From Ostreococcus lucimarinus (Eukaryota), in NCBI GenBank assembly GCA_000092065.1, contig CP000589.1: a DNA stretch of 64,000 nucleotides, one strand, 5' to 3'. Both the position numbers and the translations under genes were made by a program. The notes under the pieces were generated by a model. It did not search any database, had not been told where the DNA came from, and saw only the letters and a list, made by a program, of their open reading frames with translations. This document shows, one piece after another, positions 19,621-28,489 of this stretch; positions within the stretch are counted from its first letter, which is position 1, and every line of letters starts with the position of its first letter.

Positions 19621-19811
19621 TTTTACCGGCGCCCTCGCCGCGCGTCGCGCGCGCGCGGCTCGGGGCGCGTCGTGGAGTGCGGCGCGCGCGATCGATGTCG
19701 GTTCGTCGACTCAACGGGAAAAATCGGCGAGAGTTTGCGTGAATTGGCGAGGAAATGACTGAGCGTTTGCGACGCGCGAGGGTCTGCGTCTATCGCATCG
19801 CGCGACGCGCG

Positions 19812-21140
19812 CTACGACGCGCCCGCGCGCTGATCCACGAGCTTGGATTTGAGACCGACCTTTTCGTACTCCCTCTTCGTCGTCTCGATCGCGCGCGGGC
19901 TGGAATCGCGGAGGAATTCGCGCTCGCGGTCGGAGACGGCTTCGACGGCGACGGCGCGGAGACGCGTGTCAATCTTCAATCCAGCGTACGGGTCGCGCTT
20001 GGCGCCGGAGGCGTTCTGCTTTGTCGTCGTGCCGTTGTGGTGCGCGATCGTCGACGCGTCGACGCGCGCGGCCGATGCGTCGCTCGGCGGCTCGGCGCGA
20101 GACAGCGATTCGCTTCTCGAGACGCTGGGCGAAGCCGCGAAGAAGTCTTCGTCGGACGCGCCCGAATTGTTGCGCATAGAGCCCAGATCAGAGTCGGTGG
20201 GCTTCTTCCTCGGACGCGCGTGCCAATCGAAGGGTAAGCCCTCGGGTGGGAAATATCTAGACTTGCTAAATTGTTGCTCGCTGCGTTTCATCAAGTGCCA
20301 GCCCCACGCGCTCTGCGTCCGCCACCACAATCCGATCGCGACAGCCGCGACGCCGGTGACGATGGAACACGTCACCGTGGAGTACCAAAACTTCAACCAC
20401 GCGCTCAACGTGAGCGTGGTGAGAAACATCGGCACCCCGTACGTGAACATCCGAAACGCTTTTCGCCAATCCGCCTCGCATCGCGTCTCCCAATACCTCT
20501 CGAACGACCTCTGCGGCTGCGGCGGCGTGTCTCCCGGCGCGTACGACAGCGCAAATTTACGACACGCGTATAAAAACTCCGCCTCCTCGTCCTCGCTGAC
20601 GTACGACTTCCCATTCCTCAAAATATTACTCAACATGAACGAACACAGCACCATGGCGTTCAACATCAACGCCACCGTCACCGCCGTGGCTCCCGCGTAC
20701 GCCGCGATCAACGCCTCGCTCTGAAACGCCTTCACCGTCGGATCGCTGAACTGCAATTCCACCAGCGCCACGACCGCGAATCCACTGATCAACGCGCTCA
20801 GGTTCGACGTCGTTCGCAGTTGTTCGCCCTTCTCCTCCACGTCCCGTCTATTCTTCTCCGCGTACCGATTCCACACCCATCGCGCGTTCTCCAGCACGCG
20901 CTGCTCGACGTCTTGTCGTCGCCACTTCCGCTGCTCGTCCCTGTGGACGTGCTCGAGCTCCCACCAGTCGCGCTCTTCGACGCGAAATTCCAAATCTTCG
21001 CGTCGCCACTGTCGCTCTTCTTTCCGCCATTGTCGGTCCTCTTCGCGCCACGCGCGCGCGAGCGACGTGTCCAACGCGGTGAGAAACGCGGTGGCGGCGT
21101 CGCCGACGTCTCCGGCGCCGACGCCGGCGAACGACGGCAT
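19812..21140 (-). CDS. Orai / CRAC-channel-like four-TM calcium channel subunit.
   Basis: TM1 TTSNLSALISGFAVVALVELQFSD closely matches Orai1 TM1 ([21 protein letters not shown]), including the selectivity Glu. Three further TM helices follow (ATAVTVALMLNAMVLCSFMLSNIL; VPMFLTTLTLSAWLKFW; VTGVAAVAIGLWW). Start is placed at the ATG at 21140; the track ORF extends to 21503 but overlaps the divergent ATP-synthase promoter/exon. Confidence 0.7.
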   Translation of the reverse strand: MPSFAGVGAGDVGDAATAFLTALDTSLARAWREEDRQWRKEERQWRREDLEFRVEERDWWELEHVHRDEQRKWRRQDVEQRVLENARWVWNRYAEKNRRDVEEKGEQLRTTSNLSALISGFAVVALVELQFSDPTVKAFQSEALIAAYAGATAVTVALMLNAMVLCSFMLSNILRNGKSYVSEDEEAEFLYACRKFALSYAPGDTPPQPQRSFERYWETRCEADWRKAFRMFTYGVPMFLTTLTLSAWLKFWYSTVTCSIVTGVAAVAIGLWWRTQSAWGWHLMKRSEQQFSKSRYFPPEGLPFDWHARPRKKPTDSDLGSMRNNSGASDEDFFAASPSVSRSESLSRAEPPSDASAARVDASTIAHHNGTTTKQNASGAKRDPYAGLKIDTRLRAVAVEAVSDREREFLRDSSPRAIETTKREYEKVGLKSKLVDQRAGAS

Positions 21141-21174
21141 GCAGCGCGCGCGTCGTCGAATGCCGACGATGCGA

Positions 21175-21215
21175 TAAAACCCAAACCATATATATAATAA
21201 TCTAAACCCTCTATG
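21175..21215. promoter_or_regulatory. AT-rich island (CCATATATATAATAATCTAAACCCTCTATGTATGTATAT) in the divergent promoter between the Orai-like and ATP synthase delta genes.
   Basis: The only AT-rich stretch in the 21141-21297 intergenic region, between two divergent start codons. Confidence 0.25.
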
Positions 21216-21297
21216 TATGTATATCGCGAACACGCGCGCGACGCGAATGCGGACGCGCGGTTCGGCCGGCGCGCGCGCCCGCACACGCGCGCGCGCC

Positions 21298-21570
21298 ATG
21301 TCCACCACCGTCGCGCTGCGCCACGCGCGACGATGCGCGAAAACTCTCTTCGCCCGCACCGCCGCCCGCGCGAACACCGCGGCGTCGCAGGCGTCGATCG
21401 ACGCGTTCATGGAAAAGTTTGACGTCGCGAAGACGAGCCCGACGATGGACCGTCCGAGCACGCCCACGACGTTCGCGAGCGCGCCGGTCGAGGAGAGCGC
21501 CAAGGGAACGGCGGATAAGTTGAAGCTGAATTTCTACCTCCCGCACGAGGTGGCGCACGACGAGGAGGAG
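21298..21570 (+). CDS. ATP5D: Mitochondrial F1-ATP synthase delta subunit (ATP5D/ATP16), exon 1: presequence plus mature N-terminus.
   Basis: R-rich presequence MSTTVALRHARRCAKTLFARTAARAN, then KLKLNFYLPHEVAHDEEE, corresponding to MSFTFASPTQVFFNGANVRQ of ATP5D. Donor GAG|GTGCGCGAG at 21571. Confidence 0.7.
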
Positions 21571-21811
21571 GTGCGCGAGCGATGCGAGACGCGATGGGAC
21601 GGTGATCGCCCGATGGGGTTGCGGCCAACGAGTGGAAGGCGTGGGTTTGACCCGAACGCGAAGGAGACGCGCGCGAACGCGCGACGAGGCGCGGGTCGGA
21701 CGCGGCGCGCGCGGAACGATCGCGCGATGGTGGGATGGTGGCGCGCGGCGAGCGATGACGCGGGATCTCGGAGCGATGACTGACGGAACGACGAGCGTCG
21801 CGCGCGCGCAG

Positions 21812-22162
21812 GTGGACATGGTGCTCGTGCCGGCGACGACGGGGGACTTTGGAATCTTACCGGGACACGTGCCGACGGTTTCGCAGCTGCGACCGGGGGT
21901 GGTGAGCGTGCATTTGAACGATAAAGACGTGAAGAAATACTTCGTCAGCAGTGGATTCGCGTTCGTGCACGCGGATTCGACGGCGGATATTTGCGCCATC
22001 GAGGCGGTGCCGGTGGAGCAACTCGACGGGGACGCGGTGAGGAAAGGGTTGGCCGAGCATCAGGCGAAATTTACGAACGCGAAGGATGATTTCGAAAAGG
22101 CGAACGCGCAAATCGGTATCGATGTGTGCAACGCCATGGTGGCTGCGCTCGACGCCAAGTAG
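21812..22162 (+). CDS. ATP5D: Mitochondrial F1-ATP synthase delta subunit, exon 2.
   Basis: VDMVLVPATTGDFGILPGHVPTVSQLRPGVVSVHLNDKDVKKYFVSSGFAFVHADSTADICAIEAVPVEQLD matches ATP5D (VDVPTLTGAFGILAAHVPTLQVLRPGLVVVH...KYFVSSGSIAVNADSS). Acceptor CGCGCAG| at 21809..21811. Intron 21571..21811 (241 nt). The reading frame shifts from frame 1 to frame 2. Confidence 0.8.
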   Translation: MDMVLVPATTGDFGILPGHVPTVSQLRPGVVSVHLNDKDVKKYFVSSGFAFVHADSTADICAIEAVPVEQLDGDAVRKGLAEHQAKFTNAKDDFEKANAQIGIDVCNAMVAALDAK

Positions 22163-22212
22163 AGAGAAGTGTAAAGGAATATCGTTAAAAATGTACGTTG
22201 AACGGATTCGGC

Positions 22213-24717
22213 TCAGCCGGCGGCGCTCGCGATGACGATGGAACGGTCGGCACCGTTTACACCGCTCTTTTTCTTCCGCAACAACGCCAACTCGTCGTGC
22301 AACATCGTTAGTTCGTGCGTGTACGCGTCCTTGTGCGCGATGAACATCTTTAGCTCGCTTCGCAAGCCTTTGATTTGACGCGACTTTTCCTTGATGTGCG
22401 CGTGCGTCTCTCGTAGCTCCTCAAACGCTCGAGGTCCGGGTTGACGGGACAACACCACGCGAAGTTCGGCGAGTACTTTTGTTTTCTCGCTAATCAGAAT
22501 GTCTTTCGTCGTCACTTCTTCCGTTTTCGTGATCAGTTTGCGCTGCAACATTTGAACTTTCTGAATCAACTCGTACATAGTCGGATCGCTGCCTTTGAGC
22601 TGTCGCCAACGATGGACATTCATCGGATTCTCGAGTTCCTCGCTGAGTGCCTTAACTTTTGTGCGTTCGTGGAGAAGTTCGCGACCAAGCGTTTGGACTT
22701 CGTGCTTCAACGCATCGATGCTTGCCGCCGCTTCTCGCAGGGACGTGAGTTCTTGCGCGTGCGACGCCAATCTGAGCTTCAACGTTTTAATCTCGCGAAC
22801 GCGCTCACGATACTCGGCTTGGCCTTGATTCAAAATTTTCTGCTGAACCTTGACTTTCTCGTAAAGTAGCGCGCATTCTTGATTCCGCTGCACAAGTTGT
22901 GCGTTGAGAACGTCACGATCACGCTTGATGACATCGAGCTGCTTGCGATGCGCCTCGCGACTTTCTCGCAACGACGCCACAGATGAGCGTAGCGTCTTCG
23001 ATTCATCACTCGTATGCTTCAGAGACTCTTGCGTCTCGCGAAGCGTCGAGTTTAGCTTATCATTCTGTCGTCGTAGAGCATCGTGTTCTTTGTCCAACTT
23101 GCGATGCTCGAAACGCTCGCCCGCGATGACGGCGTCCTTCATTCTAAGTTCCTCGTGCAAACCTTCCATCGCCACAGTCTTGGCCTTGAAATCGCGTTTG
23201 ATCTCCGCAATTTGTGACTGGGCCTCGACGAGAGACTTTGATTGTTGATTGCGTTCCGCGCACACGACGTCGTACGCGTGCTCGGCTTGCTTAATTTTGC
23301 TTTCTGCATCTTGTAATTCTTGCCGTAAATCAACGATTTGAGACTGTCGATCATGAACGTCATCCTCCAACTTTTCCTGACGACGCACCGCCGCCGCGAT
23401 GTCCGCCAATAACTTTGCACGTTCTTGATCGAGACTTTTTATCTGCATCTCTTGCTTAACTTGTTCGCGTTTGTAACTCTTGATTTCGTTTTCGAGTGTT
23501 TGACGCTGCGCCTCATGAATACGCAGCAAATCTTGTTGCCGACTTGTGGCGTTCTGCGCCTGCGTAGTCGTCTTCAGAAGGACATCGCGCTCGCGCATAA
23601 GATCTTCTTTTCGCCTTTGCTCGTTATCTAAGTCTCTTTTTTGTTGCTCGAGACGTTGTTTGAGTAATTGAATCTCGCGCTTGAGCGCATTCTTTGCGTC
23701 GTCTGCGTTCAATTTCGTTTGCTCCGCCGCGCGGAGTTTAGACTCTAGTTGAGTGGACTTTTTTAAAGTACTCTCCTTTTCACGCTCGAGCGTTTTGATT
23801 TCATCGTTCAACGCTCGAATTTCGTGCATCTTGGCCGTGTTTGCATCCTCAGCACTCTTATTACTCGCGCGAGCTTCGTCAAGTTCGCGATGAAGCTTGT
23901 CAGATTTGCTCGCTAACACGTTCAACTCTTTCTGAGCCGCCTCTGTCCGTCGCTCTTGCAAACAAGTATCTTTTTCTAGCTTGATAATCATTTCGTCAGC
24001 CTTTGTTATCCTCGCTTTATACTCTCTGATCTCAATGTCGCGTTCTTCAGAGCGTTCCTGTACCTCGCGCATCTCGCGCTCGAGACGTTCCTTCGTGCGC
24101 TTTTGCCGCTCCACCTCCATCGCACTCGCGTGCGACAGATCACGTGCATTTTGTAATTCTACGTCTAAATCTAATTTCGTCGATTCAGCCTTTCTCGTTC
24201 GCTCCGATAGCTTATCGATATCCTCCCTGAGCCTGATGGTTTGCTCGAGTAATTCATCTCGTTCGGCGGTGAGACTCTCCTTGGCGCTCAGTAACGATTC
24301 AATCTCGCGCGAGTTCGCCCTTCGCGCACTCGCGCGCTCCATAAACAACCCATCACTGGTCGTCGTTTCGCAACCCCCTAGCTTGTCTTCATCTCGTGTC
24401 AGCCGTTCAATTTCCATCTTCAATTCGCTCGCCTCGCGCTTACTCGCCAACTCGCTCTCGTGCGATTCATCCACCATCGCCCACGCCTTCTCTAACTCTT
24501 CTTTGAGCGCATCGATGGTTGATTGATCTTCCCGCGACAAATCCAGCGTCATCATCATTTTCCTCGCCTGTCCGCGACACTCCTCCGCGAGCGTCGCGCA
24601 CTTTGCCGTCAACGCTCGCTCGCGCTCCGCGGCGTCCGCGAGCGCGGCCCTCACCTTATCGCACTCTTCTCGCACCTTGACCGCGCGCGCGTCGTCGCGC
24701 GGTAATTTTGATATCGC
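22213..24717 (-). CDS. Long coiled-coil protein, CCDC39/CCDC40-like (axonemal 96-nm ruler family), exon 2.
   Basis: About 830 aa of continuous coiled coil with a conserved C-terminal block (NPMNVHRWRQLKGSDPTMYELIQKVQMLQRKLITKTEEVTTKD...LSRQPGP). The track start at 24675 is a GTG. The frame stays open upstream to a CGCGCGCACAG| acceptor at 24718..24720. Confidence 0.6.
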   Translation of the reverse strand, partial: AISKLPRDDARAVKVREECDKVRAALADAAERERALTAKCATLAEECRGQARKMMMTLDLSREDQSTIDALKEELEKAWAMVDESHESELASKREASELKMEIERLTRDEDKLGGCETTTSDGLFMERASARRANSREIESLLSAKESLTAERDELLEQTIRLREDIDKLSERTRKAESTKLDLDVELQNARDLSHASAMEVERQKRTKERLEREMREVQERSEERDIEIREYKARITKADEMIIKLEKDTCLQERRTEAAQKELNVLASKSDKLHRELDEARASNKSAEDANTAKMHEIRALNDEIKTLEREKESTLKKSTQLESKLRAAEQTKLNADDAKNALKREIQLLKQRLEQQKRDLDNEQRRKEDLMRERDVLLKTTTQAQNATSRQQDLLRIHEAQRQTLENEIKSYKREQVKQEMQIKSLDQERAKLLADIAAAVRRQEKLEDDVHDRQSQIVDLRQELQDAESKIKQAEHAYDVVCAERNQQSKSLVEAQSQIAEIKRDFKAKTVAMEGLHEELRMKDAVIAGERFEHRKLDKEHDALRRQNDKLNSTLRETQESLKHTSDESKTLRSSVASLRESREAHRKQLDVIKRDRDVLNAQLVQRNQECALLYEKVKVQQKILNQGQAEYRERVREIKTLKLRLASHAQELTSLREAAASIDALKHEVQTLGRELLHERTKVKALSEELENPMNVHRWRQLKGSDPTMYELIQKVQMLQRKLITKTEEVTTKDILISEKTKVLAELRVVLSRQPGPRAFEELRETHAHIKEKSRQIKGLRSELKMFIAHKDAYTHELTMLHDELALLRKKKSGVNGADRSIVIASAAG

Positions 24718-24811
24718 CTGTGCGCGCGCGCGACGTCACGGCCGCGGTCAGTGCGTCGATCGCATCGTCTCGACGGTTCGCAGACTCGCCGAGAGCTTCC
24801 TAATATAGCAC

Positions 24812-24955
24812 CCGCGCGAGACGAAAGCGTGGGACGCCGACGCGCGCCGCACGCGCCTCGACGAACGCGTCCTCGTCATAATCACCAAGCGAGGTATCTC
24901 CTTCATCTAAGCTCGCTGTTTCGTCGTCGTCCGCGTCGTCTGCGTCCAAACTCAT
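24812..24955 (-). CDS. CCDC39/40-like gene, exon 1 (48 codons, acidic N-terminus).
   Basis: ATG at 24955. Encodes MSLDADDADDDETASLDEGDTSLGDYDEDAFVEARAARVGVPRFRLAR and ends at a GCG CGG|GTGCTA donor. Intron 24811..24718 (94 nt). The phase-0 join continues AISKLPRDDARAVKVREECDK. Coordinates were cross-checked against track ORF 24751..24978. Confidence 0.5.
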
Positions 24956-25073
24956 CGCGCGGCGTTGTGGGGGTTTGACGATTAATATCGCCGTGAAAAG
25001 AAAGGAGGTGCCCGGGTTGTTGCGCGAGCGCGCCAGACGCGACGACTCGTGCGCACGAAACGGGTTTCAAAGG

Positions 25074-27164
25074 TTAAAATCCATCTAGTCCGCGAGCAAA
25101 AGCTAAATCATCGAATTCGCGCGCGAGAGCGGCCACGGCGGTTCGGTCGATGCCGGGATTGCGGGAGAGCGTCGCGGCGAACGTGCGAGACGAGGACGAT
25201 TCCGCGAGACGGCGGACGGCGACGGCGGTGAGGTCACAGTCGGAGACGTCGAGCGTGTGCAAGTGAGGGAGATTGGGGAGAATATCGGTGATGGCGTCGA
25301 TGCCGTCATCGCCGATGTGGTTTCCGCGGAGGCTGAGGATCTCGAGGGGAGTAGGCGACGCGCCGGCGGCGGCGGCGGCGACGTCGAAGGCTTCGGTAAA
25401 ATCGTACGTGCCGCGCCATGAGATGACGTTCATGGACAGATCGCAACACTTTAGCATAGGAAAGTGACCATTTTGGAAGAGATTGGCCAGCGCTGGCATC
25501 GCCGAGTCGCCGATTCCGTTCGAACCAAGACGAAGAGTCTCGAGGCGACGCAGCGTTTTCAGCCCTCGAGGCGCTTCGCACAACCAAATCAATCCGTTAT
25601 CTCCTAGAGAACAACCACTCAGATCCAAGATCACGAGTGATTTCCCTATGGTTTCGAGATATGTAGAAAGCTCGGCCGCGCCGTTGGCGTCAAAACAATC
25701 GTTGCCGCTCAGATCGAGGTTTCGTAATTGTTCGCACCGCGCCACGAGTCTTGAAGCGACGTCGGCGCCGCCAATCGCGGACACGCCAACGTTCGCCAGA
25801 CGAAGCTCGCGCAAGCCAACAAATTCGATGTCACAGATTGATTTTATGCCTTCGTCGCCGATTGGGCAGAAGCTTACTTCGAAACATTCCAACTCGCGTG
25901 CGAGAGCGGGCGGAGGAAACCACGACTGTCGAAGCGCGACAATGGCTTGAGCGTTCAATCGGTCGCAACGGCTGAACTTTAAGCTCTTCAATCGACTGAC
26001 CCACGAGTTTGCAACGTTTCCACTCGAATTCGTCATCGCGTGCAAAATTTCCTCGTCGACATCCTCACCGATAATCTCCAAATCGCGCACGTCCGATTCG
26101 CAGAGAAAATCTCCCAAGGCGCGCCATCCGTCGACATCGAGCCAAGTTTCGCACAACTTCAACCTAATTAGCTTCACTCGTGACGCGTGTTTCGCAAACA
26201 CGTCGAGCAAACAACGAAGCGTGTCTTGATGTATTCTAAACGGCCCTTTCGCGTTAATCTCCAGACTCTCGATCGCGCCTCCGTGCGTCTCGAGTGTTGA
26301 ACACAAGTCATCAGCAAAGCGCTCCGTAAACGCGTCCGCGGGTGTGATCTTGAGCACGTTTAATTCAGCATCAAACCACTCACGAGCGCGTTTCGGCATT
26401 CTTGCTCGAATTTGCCCGCGCGCGCCGCACCCACCGCGTGTGATTTCGAACAAACAAGGTCGACCTTCCAACGATTCTTTGCGAGCGAGCTCGTCGAAAT
26501 CCGCCACGGGAATCAGCGTTGCGGTCCACCCACCGGCTACGATTGCCTCGTACAGCGCCCGATCCACGTGCGCCCAACGCGACACGTACGCGAGTAAAAG
26601 CATCCCATTATCACGCTCGAGCTTTGTGTGCACGACGTCTAACACATCGCGCGCCGATGCCTCGCTGTACACCACGTCGCTCGCGACGACGAGTGGAAAC
26701 GTTTTTCTCGCGAAATCATCTGCGTCCCCTCGCCCCCACTCCAGCGTCCCCGCCGTCGCGCTCCCGAGCGACGTCAATACATTGTCATCTACAAAGTTTC
26801 GATTCATCTCGATCGATCGCCGTAGATCGCTCGCGACGTCGGCGTTTCCGTCCGTCAGCGTCGTCTCGCGCGCGGCGCCGCTCAGCCAGCACAGCATCCC
26901 AGGCGTCCCCAGCCCCGCGCCGAGCTCGAGCACGCGCGAGCGCTCGACCACGATCGAGTATCCTTCGTCGCTGGCTAAATACGCGCAGAGCGCTGGGAGA
27001 GCGCGCCAGGCGACGCGTCCAGTCTCGTCGCACTCGGCGGTTGAAGTGTCTTCTGGAAAGAGTTTCGGACGCCGCGTGCGCACGCGCACGACTCCGCGAG
27101 GGGTTTTGAAGGCGTGCACGTCGACAATATCATCGTCGGCGCCGTCGGACGCGGTCGGGGTCAT
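25074..27164 (-). CDS. Fusion protein: N-terminal class I lysine methyltransferase (METTL21/FAM86, Methyltransf_16-like) plus C-terminal leucine-rich repeats (ribonuclease-inhibitor-like).
   Basis: MTase motifs VLELGAGLGTPGMLCWLSGA ... VVASDVVYSEA. The C-terminal half carries RI-type LRRs (LRELRLANVGVSAIGGADVA...LRNLDLSGNDCFDANGAAEL...LVILDLSGCSLGDNGLIWL...LRLGSNGIGDSAM...LSLRGNHIGDDG). The first ATG is at 27164; the track start at 27257 is a TTG. Confidence 0.65.
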   Translation of the reverse strand: MTPTASDGADDDIVDVHAFKTPRGVVRVRTRRPKLFPEDTSTAECDETGRVAWRALPALCAYLASDEGYSIVVERSRVLELGAGLGTPGMLCWLSGAARETTLTDGNADVASDLRRSIEMNRNFVDDNVLTSLGSATAGTLEWGRGDADDFARKTFPLVVASDVVYSEASARDVLDVVHTKLERDNGMLLLAYVSRWAHVDRALYEAIVAGGWTATLIPVADFDELARKESLEGRPCLFEITRGGCGARGQIRARMPKRAREWFDAELNVLKITPADAFTERFADDLCSTLETHGGAIESLEINAKGPFRIHQDTLRCLLDVFAKHASRVKLIRLKLCETWLDVDGWRALGDFLCESDVRDLEIIGEDVDEEILHAMTNSSGNVANSWVSRLKSLKFSRCDRLNAQAIVALRQSWFPPPALARELECFEVSFCPIGDEGIKSICDIEFVGLRELRLANVGVSAIGGADVASRLVARCEQLRNLDLSGNDCFDANGAAELSTYLETIGKSLVILDLSGCSLGDNGLIWLCEAPRGLKTLRRLETLRLGSNGIGDSAMPALANLFQNGHFPMLKCCDLSMNVISWRGTYDFTEAFDVAAAAAGASPTPLEILSLRGNHIGDDGIDAITDILPNLPHLHTLDVSDCDLTAVAVRRLAESSSSRTFAATLSRNPGIDRTAVAALAREFDDLAFARGLDGF

Positions 27165-27309
27165 TTCTGTGCTGTCATGGAGTCGGCGCGGGAGGCGCGC
27201 TGTGCCTCGGCGGTTGGACGCTCGGCGGCGAGTGGCTACTCTACGTTTGTGATACAAAACTATCGCCTAAAATCTACGTGCGATCGTGAAAAAAGTGCGT
27301 CTGTGACGC

Positions 27310-28392
27310 TCATTCGAAACAAAACGGTAAGGTGATGACGGACTCGGCATCGCGAGCCGGAAATTTCAACTCCAACAGCGCGCTCGCGATGTCGAGCATG
27401 ATGGCGTCGCGAATGTCCGTCTCACTCGGGAGCTCGGGCAAAGGAATCGGCGTCAGGGTATCGCACGTCCATCGTAGATTGGTCACCGCACCATCTGGAG
27501 CTACGGTGAGCGCGGCGCAAACCATGCCGCTCGCTCGGGGAAGCTCGACGAGACGTCCGTACAGTTCCCCGAGCGCGCCCTCGAGCGTCGGCGACGCGTC
27601 CTCCTCCGTCAATGCGCCAGAAAACGACGGTTCGGGGTCTTTAAACCATCCGTGTAGTACCAACCTTCCGTGCCTCGGATCTTGAGTCCCGAAAACTTCA
27701 GTGACGCCGTGCGGTAGGCGCGGGTCGAACGCCACGAGACGCCCAAACGTCGGCGCGATGGTCTCCATGATTTGCGACCGCTCGACGACCTCGCCGGCGT
27801 CAAAATTCTTCCAATAATTCAATCGCTCGGGGCGCATTATTTGCGTTTCACCGCCCCTAAAATGTGCGCCGTACGACCCATCCTCCGCGTCGTTCTTTGT
27901 CAAACTGAGCACGAAGGCCCACGGTCCGTGCGGCACATCGGCGTGCAACTCTTGCCGCATCCCGTGCACGTAACACGACATCCACACCGGCGTGATCGCC
28001 GAGCATCCCAACTCTCTCCGTCCGTACTCCAACAGCGCCTTTTCCAACTCGCCGTACCGCTCGGCGCCGAAATAGTCCTCCGCGGGCGTTCGCAGCAGCG
28101 TGTACTGATTCGGCACGTGCCAGTAATCCCACACGAACCGCTCCGGATCCACGCGCAGCGGATCGCGCGTGCGTCCATCGTACACGGCGCGCAAATCGTT
28201 CGCGAAATCGCTCACGAAGCCATCGACGACGCGCCAGTGCGTCGGTTTTTCCGCGATTTCCACGTCGAACCCAGCGTCCGCGTCGTCCTCGTTCGTCGCC
28301 CTTCGCGTCCCGCGCGCGCGCCGCGAGCGACGGCGCGTGCGCACCGTCGTTCCCGACGCGCGCGCGCGCGCGACGCTCGACAGCGCCGACAT
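27310..28392 (-). CDS. Conserved hypothetical protein, possibly of the 2OG-Fe(II) oxygenase superfamily.
   Basis: Non-repetitive 360-aa ORF. Candidate HxD...H iron-binding residues (ELHADVPHG ... RLPHGVTEV) and an aromatic-rich block (FVWDYWHVPNQYTLLRTPAEDYF). The functional call is tentative. Confidence 0.4.
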   Translation of the reverse strand: MSALSSVARARASGTTVRTRRRSRRARGTRRATNEDDADAGFDVEIAEKPTHWRVVDGFVSDFANDLRAVYDGRTRDPLRVDPERFVWDYWHVPNQYTLLRTPAEDYFGAERYGELEKALLEYGRRELGCSAITPVWMSCYVHGMRQELHADVPHGPWAFVLSLTKNDAEDGSYGAHFRGGETQIMRPERLNYWKNFDAGEVVERSQIMETIAPTFGRLVAFDPRLPHGVTEVFGTQDPRHGRLVLHGWFKDPEPSFSGALTEEDASPTLEGALGELYGRLVELPRASGMVCAALTVAPDGAVTNLRWTCDTLTPIPLPELPSETDIRDAIMLDIASALLELKFPARDAESVITLPFCFE

Positions 28393-28489
28393 GCGCGCCG
28401 GCGTGCGCGGTTTCGTCGCGGTTTCGTCGATCCTTTACATCAATTCGCGACGCACCGCGCGGCGTCGCGTCGCGCGCCCGTCGCGCGCG

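Noticed and set aside
18392-19762. 456-aa plus ORF and nested ORFs antisense to the TPR-J-domain gene
   Set aside because: S/R/A-rich mirror image of a well-supported minus-strand gene.
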